Source of the DNA: an uncultured Thermoleophilia bacterium
Lineage (GTDB): Bacteria > Actinomycetota > Thermoleophilia > UBA2241
Length of the DNA: 64,000 nucleotides
Reading direction: 5' to 3'
Assembly: GCA_963702475.1 (NCBI GenBank)
Contig: CAVPCT010000004.1
Coordinates: 224,001 to 288,000 of the forward strand
Shown here: piece after piece, positions 1-9,519 of the stretch
Position numbering within the stretch: position 1 is the first letter of the stretch
Layout of the letters: each line of letters starts with the position of its first letter
Program-made: the position numbers and the translations under genes
Notes under the pieces: model-generated
What the model was told of the DNA's origin: nothing
Seen by the model: the letters and a program-made list of their open reading frames with translations, nothing else
Databases searched by the model: none

Positions 1-142
1 CGAAACGGTCGCTCACTTCGGGTGGCGTCACCCGCTGACGACCAGTATCGGTCTCGTCCGGGGCGGTCTTGAGTCGTCAGGCCGCGACTCACTGCCCCTC
101 GGAAGGCCACTCAGGCGCCGCGCAGGGGGAGCCGGCGACCGC

Positions 143-1555
143 TCAGCTCCCCGGCCGGTGCGCCTGCACGTCGGCAAGGATGCCGTCGAGGCCGGCCTTG
201 ACCTCCTCGCTCAGCTCGAAGGCGCGCGGCTCGGAGCGGAGCTCCGCGACCCGCGCCTTGAGCCGGTCGAGCAGTGTCGCCGCGCCGGCCGCCTCCCAGG
301 CGTCGTGCCGCGTGGTGTCGAGCAGGTCGCTCTGCCAGATCTGGCGGAAGTGCCTGCGCGTGTAGGGCCGCGCGAGGTGGCTGCCGCCCGGCCCCACGGC
401 CTTGATCTCGTCCAGCGCAAGCGCCTCGTCGTCCACGCGCAGCTCGCCCATGAACGCCTTGCTCCAGCCGATGAGGTGGTCGCCGAGCAGGATCGACTCG
501 TAGCTGGACTGCAGGCCGGCCTCCAGATAGCCGACGTCGTGCAGCAGCGTCGCGCGCGACAGCATCGCCGTAATCGTCGTGAGCGCGCTCTCCACGCCCC
601 ACTGCTCGTCCAGCATCTTGCTGTCGGTGTGGGCGGCGTAGCTGAAGCTCGGCAGGTCGTACCAGCGCGCCAGGTCGGTCTGGGCCTGGTAGCCCTGCAG
701 GCAGCCGGCCGACGAGTACACCTCGTTCATCGTGCGCATGTTCATGGCGCCGACGCCCACGCCCCACACGAAGGGAGCGCCAGGCTTGATCGCCTGGCTG
801 AGCACGAGGCCGGCGAGGGTCTCGGCGTTGGCCACGACGATCACGGAACTGATGCTGGCCGGCGCCGTGGTGCCGGCGTTCGGCGCCGGCGCCCAGATGA
901 GCGGGATGTCGAGCTCGGCGCACGCCATGACCTTGCTGGCGCCGTCCTCGTCGAACAGCAGCGGCGGCACCGGCATGGCGTAGATGCCGAAGCTGTCTAC
1001 CTCTCCGGCCAGCCCCGTCATCTGCTTGAGCCTGCCGAGGATGTGGCCGTCGCGCGGGGCCACCAGCAGCGGCTTGCGCGTGCCGCGGACCATGGCGTCC
1101 ACCTGCACGAGGTCGTCGACGGCGAGCGGCGCGTCCTCGGGCAGGCCCATGCTCATCACGAAGTCGATGTTGGGCAGCTTCTCGGCCAGAGCGGCCATGC
1201 CCTCCACGTCCGCGCGACGAACGCGGCGGCGCTCGCGGGTATCCGGATCGCAGACATACAGGCAGTCGCTGCCGGTACCGCAGTAGCTGTGCCCTGCGTC
1301 GAGCACGAGCGGCTCCGTGTCGCCGCCGCGCGGCTTGATCGTCCAGTCGCGCGGCGCGCTCTTGATGGACGCCTGCACGAGGCCGGCGGGGATCCGCACG
1401 CGAGTGCCGTCTACCTGCGCGCCGGCGCAGGCGAGCGCGTCGACCGCCGGCGCGTACTTGACCTCGACGCCGGTCATCTCGAGCACCTGCAGCGTCGCCT
1501 CGTGCACCCGCCGGCAGGCGGCGTCGTCCCAGATCGTCAGGCGTGCTTCGTTCAT
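143..1555 (-). CDS. Trimethylamine methyltransferase (MttB) family protein, non-pyrrolysine
   Basis: Family-typical segments 'RRVHEATLQVLEMTGVEV', 'GTTAPAS', 'TDSKMLDEQ', 'IKAVGPGGSHL...YTRRHFR'. No in-frame TAG. Start re-set to ATG 1555 (MNEARL) after a GGAGG SD. Confidence 0.9.
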   Translation of the reverse strand: MNEARLTIWDDAACRRVHEATLQVLEMTGVEVKYAPAVDALACAGAQVDGTRVRIPAGLVQASIKSAPRDWTIKPRGGDTEPLVLDAGHSYCGTGSDCLYVCDPDTRERRRVRRADVEGMAALAEKLPNIDFVMSMGLPEDAPLAVDDLVQVDAMVRGTRKPLLVAPRDGHILGRLKQMTGLAGEVDSFGIYAMPVPPLLFDEDGASKVMACAELDIPLIWAPAPNAGTTAPASISSVIVVANAETLAGLVLSQAIKPGAPFVWGVGVGAMNMRTMNEVYSSAGCLQGYQAQTDLARWYDLPSFSYAAHTDSKMLDEQWGVESALTTITAMLSRATLLHDVGYLEAGLQSSYESILLGDHLIGWSKAFMGELRVDDEALALDEIKAVGPGGSHLARPYTRRHFRQIWQSDLLDTTRHDAWEAAGAATLLDRLKARVAELRSEPRAFELSEEVKAGLDGILADVQAHRPGS

Positions 1556-1931
1556 CCCGCCACCTCCTTCGCTGCCGCCGCCGCAGCGGGACAGACGTGT
1601 GTAGCGTGTCGACCGGTACCGGGCGGCCATTCTGGGCCCGAGGTCCGGTGGGAGTGTGCGCCGCCGCGTCGCCGGCGGCGGCGTGCCGACTGCCGGTGCG
1701 GGAGGTATCCCGACGACGCCGGGAGCCGTCCGCAACCGCGCGGGGCGCCGAGGCCCCTGCCTATCAGTGGCCGAAGGTGAAGTAGATGTGACTGAGTATG
1801 CCGCGCGCGGTCACGGCGGCCACTCTACCACCGGCCTCCGGCACCGGGCCAGACGGCCGCAGCCGGCCGTGTGCCGCCGGCGAGGGCCGCCTCTGGACAA
1901 GCTGCCGTGCGACCCCGCATGCTTCGCACCC

Positions 1932-3152
1932 ATGAACGTGCGGCGCGTCTTCGACGACGGTTTGTGCATGCAGTGCGGCACCTGCGAGGCCGTGTGCCCG
2001 CACGACGCCGTCGAACTGGTCTGGGGCGTGGGCGTGGGCTACCGCGTGACGGTGCGTGAGGACCGGTGCACGCACTGCGGGGTCTGCGTGGACGTCTGCC
2101 CGGGCCCCGGCGTGGACTTCACCCCCGGAGCCTGGTGGCGTGAGCGGAACGAGGGCGCGACAGTCCAGAACTACTTGGGGCCCTGGCGGCAGCTGTGGTT
2201 CGGCTGGGCGGCCGACCCCCGGACAAGGCACGTGGGCGCCTCGGGAGGCGTGGCCTCGGCCATCCTCGCCGGCACCCTGGAGGCGGGAGTGGCCGACGCC
2301 GTCATCGCTGCCGGGGTAGACCCCGCGAACCCCCTCGAAGCAGTCGCCGTTGTCTGCCGCACGCCGGACGAGGTACGGGCCTGCCGCGGCTCCAAGTACA
2401 ACGTGGTCGCGCAGAACCGGCGGCTGCGTGACGTGCTGGACGAGCCCGGCCGCTACGTCGTCGCCGGGCTCCCCTGTCACATCCAGGGCCTGCGCCTGGC
2501 CCAGCGCCGCTCCGGCCGGCTGCGCAAGCGCGTGGTCGCCACGCTGGGCATCTTCTGCGGCTTCACCAACGAGCCGCGCGCCACGGAGTACGCCGCGCGG
2601 CGCGCCGGCCTGGACCCCGCCGCGCTGGCCGGAGTGTCGTACCGCGGCCCCGGCTGGCCGGGTTGCCTGCGCCTCGAGTCGCGCCGCGGCGAGATCCGCT
2701 GGCGCCCGTACCCGGAGTACTTCGAGCCGGCGATGTGGGCGCTCATGCCGCCGCGCTGCCGCATCTGTCCCGACACGCTGGCCGAACTCGCCGACATCTC
2801 CGTGGGTGACGCCTGGCTGCCGCGCTTCGAGGGCTCGGACGGCGTGAACGACATCGTCGTGCGCACGCCAGCCGGCGAGCGGCTGCTCGCCGCGCTCGCC
2901 GGCCGGCTCGTCCTCGAGCAGGCCCAGCCGGTCGAGATGGTCGAGTCGCAGGCGGAGTCGTACCACTCCAAGCGCGAGGTCGGCCGCGGCCGCCTGTGGC
3001 TGCGTGCCCTAGGCGGCCGCCCCGTGCCGTCGTACCCCGGCATCGATCTTACGTCGAGCCCCCGGGAGCGGCTGTGGGGCTTCGCCGACGCCGCCCGAGA
3101 GTGCTACTACAGGGCGCTCGTCGACCTGCGCTACCCGCTCCGCGACCGCTGA
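1932..3152 (+). CDS. Coenzyme F420 hydrogenase/dehydrogenase beta-subunit (FrhB) family protein with N-terminal 2x[4Fe-4S] domain
   Basis: CMQCGTCEAVCP and CTHCGVCVDVCP ferredoxin motifs; GASGGVAS, GSKY, GLPCHI, GIFCG, RCRICPD and ADISVGDAW FrhB motifs. Confidence 0.85.
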   Translation: MNVRRVFDDGLCMQCGTCEAVCPHDAVELVWGVGVGYRVTVREDRCTHCGVCVDVCPGPGVDFTPGAWWRERNEGATVQNYLGPWRQLWFGWAADPRTRHVGASGGVASAILAGTLEAGVADAVIAAGVDPANPLEAVAVVCRTPDEVRACRGSKYNVVAQNRRLRDVLDEPGRYVVAGLPCHIQGLRLAQRRSGRLRKRVVATLGIFCGFTNEPRATEYAARRAGLDPAALAGVSYRGPGWPGCLRLESRRGEIRWRPYPEYFEPAMWALMPPRCRICPDTLAELADISVGDAWLPRFEGSDGVNDIVVRTPAGERLLAALAGRLVLEQAQPVEMVESQAESYHSKREVGRGRLWLRALGGRPVPSYPGIDLTSSPRERLWGFADAARECYYRALVDLRYPLRDR

Positions 3153-3332
3153 CCCGCGCGTTCCGCGCGCCGGGCGCTCCGCACGGGCGCGCGCCTCTCC
3201 GGCCACGATGCCGCCCGTACCGCTGACGCCGCACGGGCGTATAGTAGGTATGCACGTGACGTATGGACGAGAGCCGCGGGGGGACGCCCACGCCGGAGCG
3301 TGGAGCGAACGCGCGGCAGCAAAGGGGGAGCC

Positions 3333-5192
3333 ATGACCACGTCGCATGGGCTGCGCAGAGGGGGCCTGCTCATCGCGCTCGCGCTCGCAGCCGTCCTCAT
3401 CGGCGGGCTGGCGGTCGGGCTGCGAGGAGCGCTCGCCTCGAGCGACGCCCCGTCGCCGGCGGCCGACAAGACGGTGCTGCATCTCGGCTGGACCAACGAT
3501 CCCGACAGCCTGAACCCGTTCATCGGGTACGAGTCGTCCAGCTACGAGGTCTGGGCCATCAACTACGACCTGCTCGTCGGCTTCCGTGCCTCCGACATGG
3601 CCAACGAGCCCGGCATCGGCCTGGCCCAGGCGTGGGAGATCTCGCCCGACGGCAAGGTGTGGACCTTCACCATCACCGACAAGGCCAAATGGCAGGACGG
3701 CGAGCCGCTCACGGCCGCCGACGTGGCCTTCACCTACAACTACGTGCTCGAGAACGAACTGGGCATGTTCATCGACTACCTGAAGTTCATCGAGAAGGTC
3801 GAGGCCACCGACGCCACGCACGTGGTGTTCACCTGCTCCAAGCCCAAGGCCAACATGCTGGGGCTGTGGATCCCCATCCTGCCCGAGCACATCTGGAGCA
3901 GTGTGCCCCTCAAGACCGTGGAGAAGAGCTTCCAGAATCAGCCGCCCATCGTCGGCTCCGGCCCCTTCCAGACCGTGGAGTGGAAGAAGGGCGCGTACGT
4001 GCGCATGGTGGCCAACAAGGACTACTGGAAGGGCGCCCCCAAGATCGACGAGGTCATCTTCCAGACCTACCAGAACTCGGACACCATGGCGCAGGATCTC
4101 AAGACCGGCGCCCTGCAGACGGCCTGGAACATCCCTGGGGCGCAGTTCGAGCCGCTCGGCAAGGAGCCCGGCATCAAGGCCATCACCGGGCAGCTGCCCG
4201 GCTACGACCAGCTGGGCTTCAATTGCGCCGACAAGAAGGTCTATCCCAAATCCACCGGCCACCCTGTTCTGCAGGACCCGGCCTTCCGCAGCGCTCTTCA
4301 GTGGGCGGTCGACAACGACAAGATCGTCGCCGTGGCCTATCAAGGTCACGCGCGTGCGGCGGAGACCATCATCCAGCCCGACTTCTACCCCGAGGAGACC
4401 GACTTCCACTGGCAGCCGCCCGAGGGCGACCCGGACACCTACACGTTCGACCTCGAGCGCGCCGGGCAGGAGCTGGACGCGGCCGGCTACACCGACGCCG
4501 ACGGCAACGGCATCCGCGAGTACGAGGGCGAGGACATCACCTTGCGGCTGTACGCGCGCACCGAGTCGGCGGAGAGCCAGAGCTGCGGCAAGCTCATCAC
4601 GGGCTGGTTCGAGGACGTGGGCATCGACATCGACTACGAGGTCATCGACGACGGCCGTTTGGGCGACCTCCAGTTCGCCTACGACGGCGACGAGTACGCG
4701 CCTGACTTCGACCTGTTCATCTGGGGCTGGGGCGGCGACATCGACCCCAACTTCATCCTGTCGATCATGACCACGAGTTCCATCGAGGCGTGGAGCGACT
4801 GCATCTGGTCCAACGCCGAGTACGACGAGCTCTTCCTGCTCCAGCAAACGCAGGTCGACATCCAACAGCGCGTCGACACGGTGCGCAGGATGCAACAGAT
4901 CATCTACGAGGAGTCCCCGTACATCCTGCTCGTCTACCCGCTCGAGCTGGAGGCCTACAACACCGCCCAGTGGGAAGGATGGGTGCCGCAGAACGGCAAG
5001 GGCCTGGTCTGGTACAACACCCTGCCGGACACGTACCTGGCGGTGCACAAGGTGGCAGCGACGTCGGGTACGGAGTCCGGCGGCTCCAATACGACGCTCA
5101 TCATCGTCGGCGTGGTCGCCGCCGCTATCGTCGTCGGCGTCATCGTCCTGCTGCTCGTGCGCCGCGGGCGGCGGCAGGTCGAGGAAGCCTGA
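3333..5192 (+). CDS. ABC transporter substrate-binding protein, family 5 (peptide/nickel), with C-terminal membrane anchor
   Basis: Signal peptide, 'DPDSLNPF', 'LAQAWEISPDGKVWTFTI', 'KWQDGEPLTAADVAFTY', 'VGSGPF'; C-terminal hydrophobic helix followed by RRGRR. Confidence 0.9.
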   Translation: MTTSHGLRRGGLLIALALAAVLIGGLAVGLRGALASSDAPSPAADKTVLHLGWTNDPDSLNPFIGYESSSYEVWAINYDLLVGFRASDMANEPGIGLAQAWEISPDGKVWTFTITDKAKWQDGEPLTAADVAFTYNYVLENELGMFIDYLKFIEKVEATDATHVVFTCSKPKANMLGLWIPILPEHIWSSVPLKTVEKSFQNQPPIVGSGPFQTVEWKKGAYVRMVANKDYWKGAPKIDEVIFQTYQNSDTMAQDLKTGALQTAWNIPGAQFEPLGKEPGIKAITGQLPGYDQLGFNCADKKVYPKSTGHPVLQDPAFRSALQWAVDNDKIVAVAYQGHARAAETIIQPDFYPEETDFHWQPPEGDPDTYTFDLERAGQELDAAGYTDADGNGIREYEGEDITLRLYARTESAESQSCGKLITGWFEDVGIDIDYEVIDDGRLGDLQFAYDGDEYAPDFDLFIWGWGGDIDPNFILSIMTTSSIEAWSDCIWSNAEYDELFLLQQTQVDIQQRVDTVRRMQQIIYEESPYILLVYPLELEAYNTAQWEGWVPQNGKGLVWYNTLPDTYLAVHKVAATSGTESGGSNTTLIIVGVVAAAIVVGVIVLLLVRRGRRQVEEA

Positions 5193-5234
5193 GCAGGAAC
5201 GCGCGGGCGGCGACCGCGGCCGCGTGAGACCGCA

Positions 5235-5278
5235 ACGGCCGGGGGGCCGGGCGCCTGAGCGCCCGGCCCCCCGGCCGT
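5235..5278. terminator. 20-bp GC-rich hairpin between convergent genes (likely bidirectional terminator)
   Basis: acggccggggggccgggcgc-ctga-gcgcccggccccccggccgt, a perfect inverted repeat. Confidence 0.6.
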
Positions 5279-5314
5279 CTCTCGCTGGGCGCGCGGCTCG
5301 CCGCGCGCCTCCCG

Positions 5315-6328
5315 TCAGAGCTCTTCGTCGCCCGGCGGGAGCGGTACTTCACCGGCCGCGCCGGGCCCCAGCGGGACCTCCGGCAGCGAGACGTCGCGGA
5401 TGTTGTCTTCGGCCAGCGCCGCGCCGGCCGCGTGCTGCAGCGGCTCGGCGGCCGGGGCCTCAGGCTCCTCGCCGACCGCCATGATGCCGAGCTCCTTGGC
5501 GTGCTCCGGCTCCTTCTCGGGAAGCACGTGCCGCAGGAAGCGCTTGGTGCGGTCGTCCTTCGGGTGGAAGAAGACCTCGCTCGGCGGCCCCTCCTCGATG
5601 AAGTAGCCGTCGTCCATGTACACCACCCGGTCGGCCACGTCGCGGCTGAAGCCCATCTCGTGGCTCACGACGATCATGGTCATGCCGGCGGCGGCGAGGT
5701 CCTTCATGACCTTGAGCACCTCGCCGATGAGCTCGGGGTCCAAAGCGCTGGTGGGCTCGTCGAACAGCATCAGCACGGGGTCCATCGCCATGGCGCGAGC
5801 GATGGCTACGCGCTGCTTCTGCCCGCCCGAGAGCTGGCTGGGGAAGAAGTCCATGCGCTCGGCGAGGCCGACCTTGGTGAGCAGTTCGTGCGCCTTCTTC
5901 TCGGCGTCGGCCTTCTTCTCTCTCTTGACCTGGATGGGACCCTCGGTGACGTTCTCCGTGGCGTCCTTGTGCGGGAACAGGTTGAACTCCTGGAAGACCA
6001 TGCCGCACTTCATGCGGATCTCATGCACGGCCTTGTTGAACTGATTGCCGTGGCTGCCACAGACGACGTGGACCCCGCCGATCTCGATCTCGCCGGTGGT
6101 GGGATCCTCGAGGAAGTTGAGGCAGCGCAGGAACGTACTCTTGCCCGAGCCCGAAGGCCCGATCAGCACGATGACCTCGCCCTTGTGCACTTCCAGGTTC
6201 ACGCCTTTGAGGACGTGGTTGCGCCCGAAGTACTTCTCCAGGTTCTTGACCCTGACGATCACTTCGCGGCCCACCACGTGGCGCTCGCCGGCGCCGATGT
6301 GGGTCTCGGGAGTAGGTTCGGCAGCCAT
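5315..6328 (-). CDS. Polar amino acid ABC transporter ATP-binding protein
   Basis: Walker A GPSGSGKS, '[11 protein letters not shown]', signature LSGGQKQR, Walker B '[13 protein letters not shown]'. Confidence 0.95.
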   Translation of the reverse strand: MAAEPTPETHIGAGERHVVGREVIVRVKNLEKYFGRNHVLKGVNLEVHKGEVIVLIGPSGSGKSTFLRCLNFLEDPTTGEIEIGGVHVVCGSHGNQFNKAVHEIRMKCGMVFQEFNLFPHKDATENVTEGPIQVKREKKADAEKKAHELLTKVGLAERMDFFPSQLSGGQKQRVAIARAMAMDPVLMLFDEPTSALDPELIGEVLKVMKDLAAAGMTMIVVSHEMGFSRDVADRVVYMDDGYFIEEGPPSEVFFHPKDDRTKRFLRHVLPEKEPEHAKELGIMAVGEEPEAPAAEPLQHAAGAALAEDNIRDVSLPEVPLGPGAAGEVPLPPGDEEL

Positions 6329-7558
6329 CTACTTCACCTTCCCCTTCTCCTTCTCGCGCGCCTTGTCGCGCGCCATGCGGGTCTCGAGCTTAGCCTGCCA
6401 GAAGCTGAAGAAGATCGTCAGCGCCCAGTACCAGGCCGCGGCGACCAGCAGCGTGCTGAAGAAGCTGAAGGTCGCGGCGCCGGCCAGCTGGGAGCGCCGC
6501 AGCAACTCCTCGACCGTGATGACCGACACCAGCGAGGTGTCCTTGATGAGGGCGATGAAGTCGTTGCCGACCGCTGGGGTGACGATCTTCAGGGCCTGCG
6601 GCAGGACGATCCTGCGCTGGGTCTGCCAGCCGCTCAGGCCGATGGCCCAGGCGGCCTCGTTCTGGCCCTTGGGCACCGCCTGGATGCCGGCTCGGAACAC
6701 CTCGGTGAGGTAGGCCCCGTAGTTCAGCGAGAGCGCCGCGACGCCCGACCAGAACGCCGGCGGGTTCATGCTCTGCGGCAGTCCGAGAGCCTTGAGGATC
6801 TCGGGTATGACCTGGTAGATGGCGATGATCTGCAGCAGCAGCGGGGTGCCGCGGAACAGCGACGTGTAGAACGTTGCGACCCAGTACGGGATGCGGCCCA
6901 GGACCATGCGCCACATGTAGCCCCAGCTCTGGTAGCGGTCCCACGCCTGTTTGAAGGTCATCTTCTTCGAGAGCCGGCCGAGGGAGCCGAACAGCGCCAG
7001 GATGCAGGCGAAGATGATGGAGATGACGGTGAGCTCGACGGTGACGATGCCGCCCTTGGCGATGAACCAGAACCAGTCCTGCATCACCTGGAAGCTGATG
7101 AGGCCGCCGCTGCCGGCCGACCCGGTGGAGCCGAAGGCCCACTCGTGCGTGACCGTCACGCCCTCCGTGGTGACGAGGTCAGCCTTGAACGAGTAGTCGC
7201 CCTCCGGGTACGCGTCGTCCCACACGAACTGCAGAGTGGAGGTCGCGCGGGAGACCGCCGGGACGATGCGCGGCGGCCCGCTGAGCGCCTGCTCCTTGTC
7301 GTTGATGAAGAGCTTGCACTGGTCGAGCGCCAGTTCGGCACCATTGGGCTCGAAGTTCACCTGCACCTGGTCGCCGGTCCAGCCCTTGAGGCCTCGGGGA
7401 TCGTCGGGGTTGGGGATGGTCCCCGTGACGACCGGCGTCCCCGTTGCGGGAGACGGCGAGGCCGTTGAGGCTAGGGCGAGCGGCGCGGCCGCGAACAACA
7501 CCACCGCGACGACGACAGCGAGGAGCGCAAGCCTCGTGAGCAGAGACGGTCTTCGCAT
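6329..7558 (-). CDS. Polar amino acid ABC transporter permease with extra N-terminal extracytoplasmic domain
   Basis: HisM/GlnP motifs 'FRGTPLLLQ', 'AYLTEVFRAGIQAVPKGQNEAA', 'IVLPQALK', 'IKDTSL'. Confidence 0.92.
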   Translation of the reverse strand: MRRPSLLTRLALLAVVVAVVLFAAAPLALASTASPSPATGTPVVTGTIPNPDDPRGLKGWTGDQVQVNFEPNGAELALDQCKLFINDKEQALSGPPRIVPAVSRATSTLQFVWDDAYPEGDYSFKADLVTTEGVTVTHEWAFGSTGSAGSGGLISFQVMQDWFWFIAKGGIVTVELTVISIIFACILALFGSLGRLSKKMTFKQAWDRYQSWGYMWRMVLGRIPYWVATFYTSLFRGTPLLLQIIAIYQVIPEILKALGLPQSMNPPAFWSGVAALSLNYGAYLTEVFRAGIQAVPKGQNEAAWAIGLSGWQTQRRIVLPQALKIVTPAVGNDFIALIKDTSLVSVITVEELLRRSQLAGAATFSFFSTLLVAAAWYWALTIFFSFWQAKLETRMARDKAREKEKGKVK

Positions 7559-7581
7559 CCGCTCAACCCCTCCTTTCGTGG

Positions 7582-7620
7582 TCCGCGGCGGGGGACCCTG
7601 GCGGGGTCGCCCGCCGCGGA
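7582..7620 (-). promoter_or_regulatory. Stem-loop between substrate-binding gene and permease (likely mRNA stabiliser/attenuator)
   Basis: tccgcggcggg...cccgccgcgga inverted repeat just downstream of the substrate-binding protein gene. Confidence 0.45.
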
Positions 7621-7661
7621 CGTGCAGGGCGCGTCGCGCCGTCAGCGCGACGCGCCTGCTT

Positions 7662-8573
7662 CTACTCCTTGACCGTCAGATCGAGGCCGTTGTACCACTT
7701 CTTGCTCAGCTCGGTGAGTGTGCCGTCGGTGTGCATCTTCTCGACGGCGTAGTCGAGCATCGCGAGCCAGTCGCCCTCGCCCTGGTTGATGGCGAAGGCC
7801 AGGTCCTCGTAGTAGAGGGGGGCGCCCGAGAAGTCGAATGGCTGGCCCTCCAGGATGGCCTGCTGGCCCGTGGGGCCGGCGGTCATGGCGAAGTCGAGGT
7901 TGCCGTTGCGGAGGTCAGGGAACGCGTCCGCGTCGGTCGGGTAGGTCTTGACGTCGGCTTCGCTCTCGGCCTTGAGGAACTCGTAGTAGGTGGTGGCGGC
8001 GCCCACGCCGACCTTCTTGCCCGCCAGGTCTTCGACACCGGCGATCTGCGGGCCGCCCTTCTTCACGAACACCTGGCCGGACGTGTAGTAGTACGGCACG
8101 GTGAAGTCGACGACCTTGTCGCGCTCGTCCGTGATCGTCATGGAACCGATGGAGACATCCCACTTGGCCGTCTGCAGGCCGGGGATGACCGTCTCCCACT
8201 GCACGGTCTTGAACTCGACCGTGAGGCCGAGTACCTCGGCCATCGCCTTGGCGACGTCGATGTCGAAGCCGACCAGCTCGTTGGTCTCCTGGTCGATGGA
8301 GCTCTGCGGCGCGTAGTTGGCGTCGGTGGACACGAGCACGGTGCCACGCTCGACGATGGTCGCGGCGAGGCCGCTCGGCGCCTTGCCCAGGATCGCCTCG
8401 GCGCGCTCTGCGGCGCTACCTGTGATCTCTCCGCCGCTGGAGGCCGAGGCGCTGGGCTCCGCGGTCTCCCCGCCGCCCTCCTCTTCGCTCCCGCAGCCAG
8501 CAGCCACCGCCAGCATCGCCACCGCGGCGATGAGCAGCAGGACCACCAAGATGTAGGTCTTTCGATTCCTCAT
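7662..8573 (-). CDS. Polar amino acid ABC transporter substrate-binding lipoprotein (family 3)
   Basis: Lipobox 'VAAGC', 'GFDIDVAKAMA', 'SMTITDERDKVVDFTVPYY'; ATG 8573 preceded by GGAGG. Confidence 0.93.
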   Translation of the reverse strand: MRNRKTYILVVLLLIAAVAMLAVAAGCGSEEEGGGETAEPSASASSGGEITGSAAERAEAILGKAPSGLAATIVERGTVLVSTDANYAPQSSIDQETNELVGFDIDVAKAMAEVLGLTVEFKTVQWETVIPGLQTAKWDVSIGSMTITDERDKVVDFTVPYYYTSGQVFVKKGGPQIAGVEDLAGKKVGVGAATTYYEFLKAESEADVKTYPTDADAFPDLRNGNLDFAMTAGPTGQQAILEGQPFDFSGAPLYYEDLAFAINQGEGDWLAMLDYAVEKMHTDGTLTELSKKWYNGLDLTVKE

Positions 8574-8980
8574 GCCTCCGTCCTTTCCGGCTGAGTTACT
8601 CCCGAAGTGCCATGGCGACCCCAGACGGGATCGGTGTGGCTGCGGCCCCCACCGCGATCGAGACGTCCTGCGCCGCCGTCCCCTCAAGCGGCCGCTGATT
8701 CCGTTTTATACAGGACGCGAGCCAAAAGACAAGCGTGCGACGAGCCTGCCGCCCGGCCGCGGGGATGCCCTCGGCAGGCCGCTCGTCGCGGGCCGCGGCG
8801 GGCAGGTCGTCAGATGCAGCGAGCGTCAGTCGCGGAAGGCCGACGACCGCTGCTCGGCACCTCCGGCAAACCGCCCTCGCGAGCGCCACTTCACCCGGCT
8901 CGGGTGAAGACCCTCCCTCGCCGTACCGCCTACGCTTGGAGTGCAGAGAGGTGGAGGCACCCGAGAGCCAGGAGGACGTC

Positions 8981-9379
8981 ATGAGCTCCACAGCAATCCA
9001 TAGACGCCAACCCGTCCACGTGCCGTGGATGACGACCTTCGCGGTCGCCGTGGCCGTCGCCGTGTGCGCCGCGCTGCTGATCCTCGCGAACCGGCCCGCC
9101 ACGCAGACGCCGACCGGGCAGGCCGAGGTCGCGCCCGCGGCCGTCGCCGTCGACACGGCCGCAGTGCCGCTGCCCGAGAACCCGGCCGCGCGCCGGCACC
9201 TGATCGCTCAGGTCAAGGCGCGGGCCGCTCAGACTGAGCAGTCCACGTACCCCCGTAACCACGTGATCGCCGCCACCGCGGGGACGTTCACGGCTCCGGC
9301 CCCCGCGCTGCGGCGCTACGCCGCCGACATCCCCCCCAAGGACCCGCACCCGTTCAACCACTTCCCGAGCGAGCCTTGA
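8981..9379 (+). CDS. Small membrane-anchored/secreted hypothetical protein
   Basis: AGGAGG SD before ATG 8981; one hydrophobic helix 'FAVAVAVAVCAALLILA'. Confidence 0.6.
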   Translation: MSSTAIHRRQPVHVPWMTTFAVAVAVAVCAALLILANRPATQTPTGQAEVAPAAVAVDTAAVPLPENPAARRHLIAQVKARAAQTEQSTYPRNHVIAATAGTFTAPAPALRRYAADIPPKDPHPFNHFPSEP

Positions 9380-9519
9380 GCCGGGCCGATGAGAGCGCAG
9401 TCGCCGGACCATCCTGGCGGGCCGGCGGCACGGGCGAGGGCCGAGCGGCGTGACCGCCCGGCCCTCGCCACGTACGCCGGACCCCGCACGGACCGGCCTG
9501 GCGCCAGGGAGCGGGCCGG

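Noticed and set aside
7-45. Hairpin (minus strand GGUCG...GGGUG-ACGC-CACCC...GAGCGACC) superficially like a ZTP riboswitch
   Set aside because: It lacks the GACUGGCG and CGCCUGGG cores, and the downstream context is outside the window.
5040-5192. SBP C-terminal tail as a substrate for the nearby sortase
   Set aside because: No LPXTG/LAXTG-like motif before the TM helix; a simple C-terminal anchor is common in actinobacterial family 5 SBPs.
8575-8730. ~135-nt leader of the amino acid ABC operon as a lysine riboswitch or T-box
   Set aside because: No conserved lysine-riboswitch or T-box (GGUGGNACCGCG) motifs were recognised.
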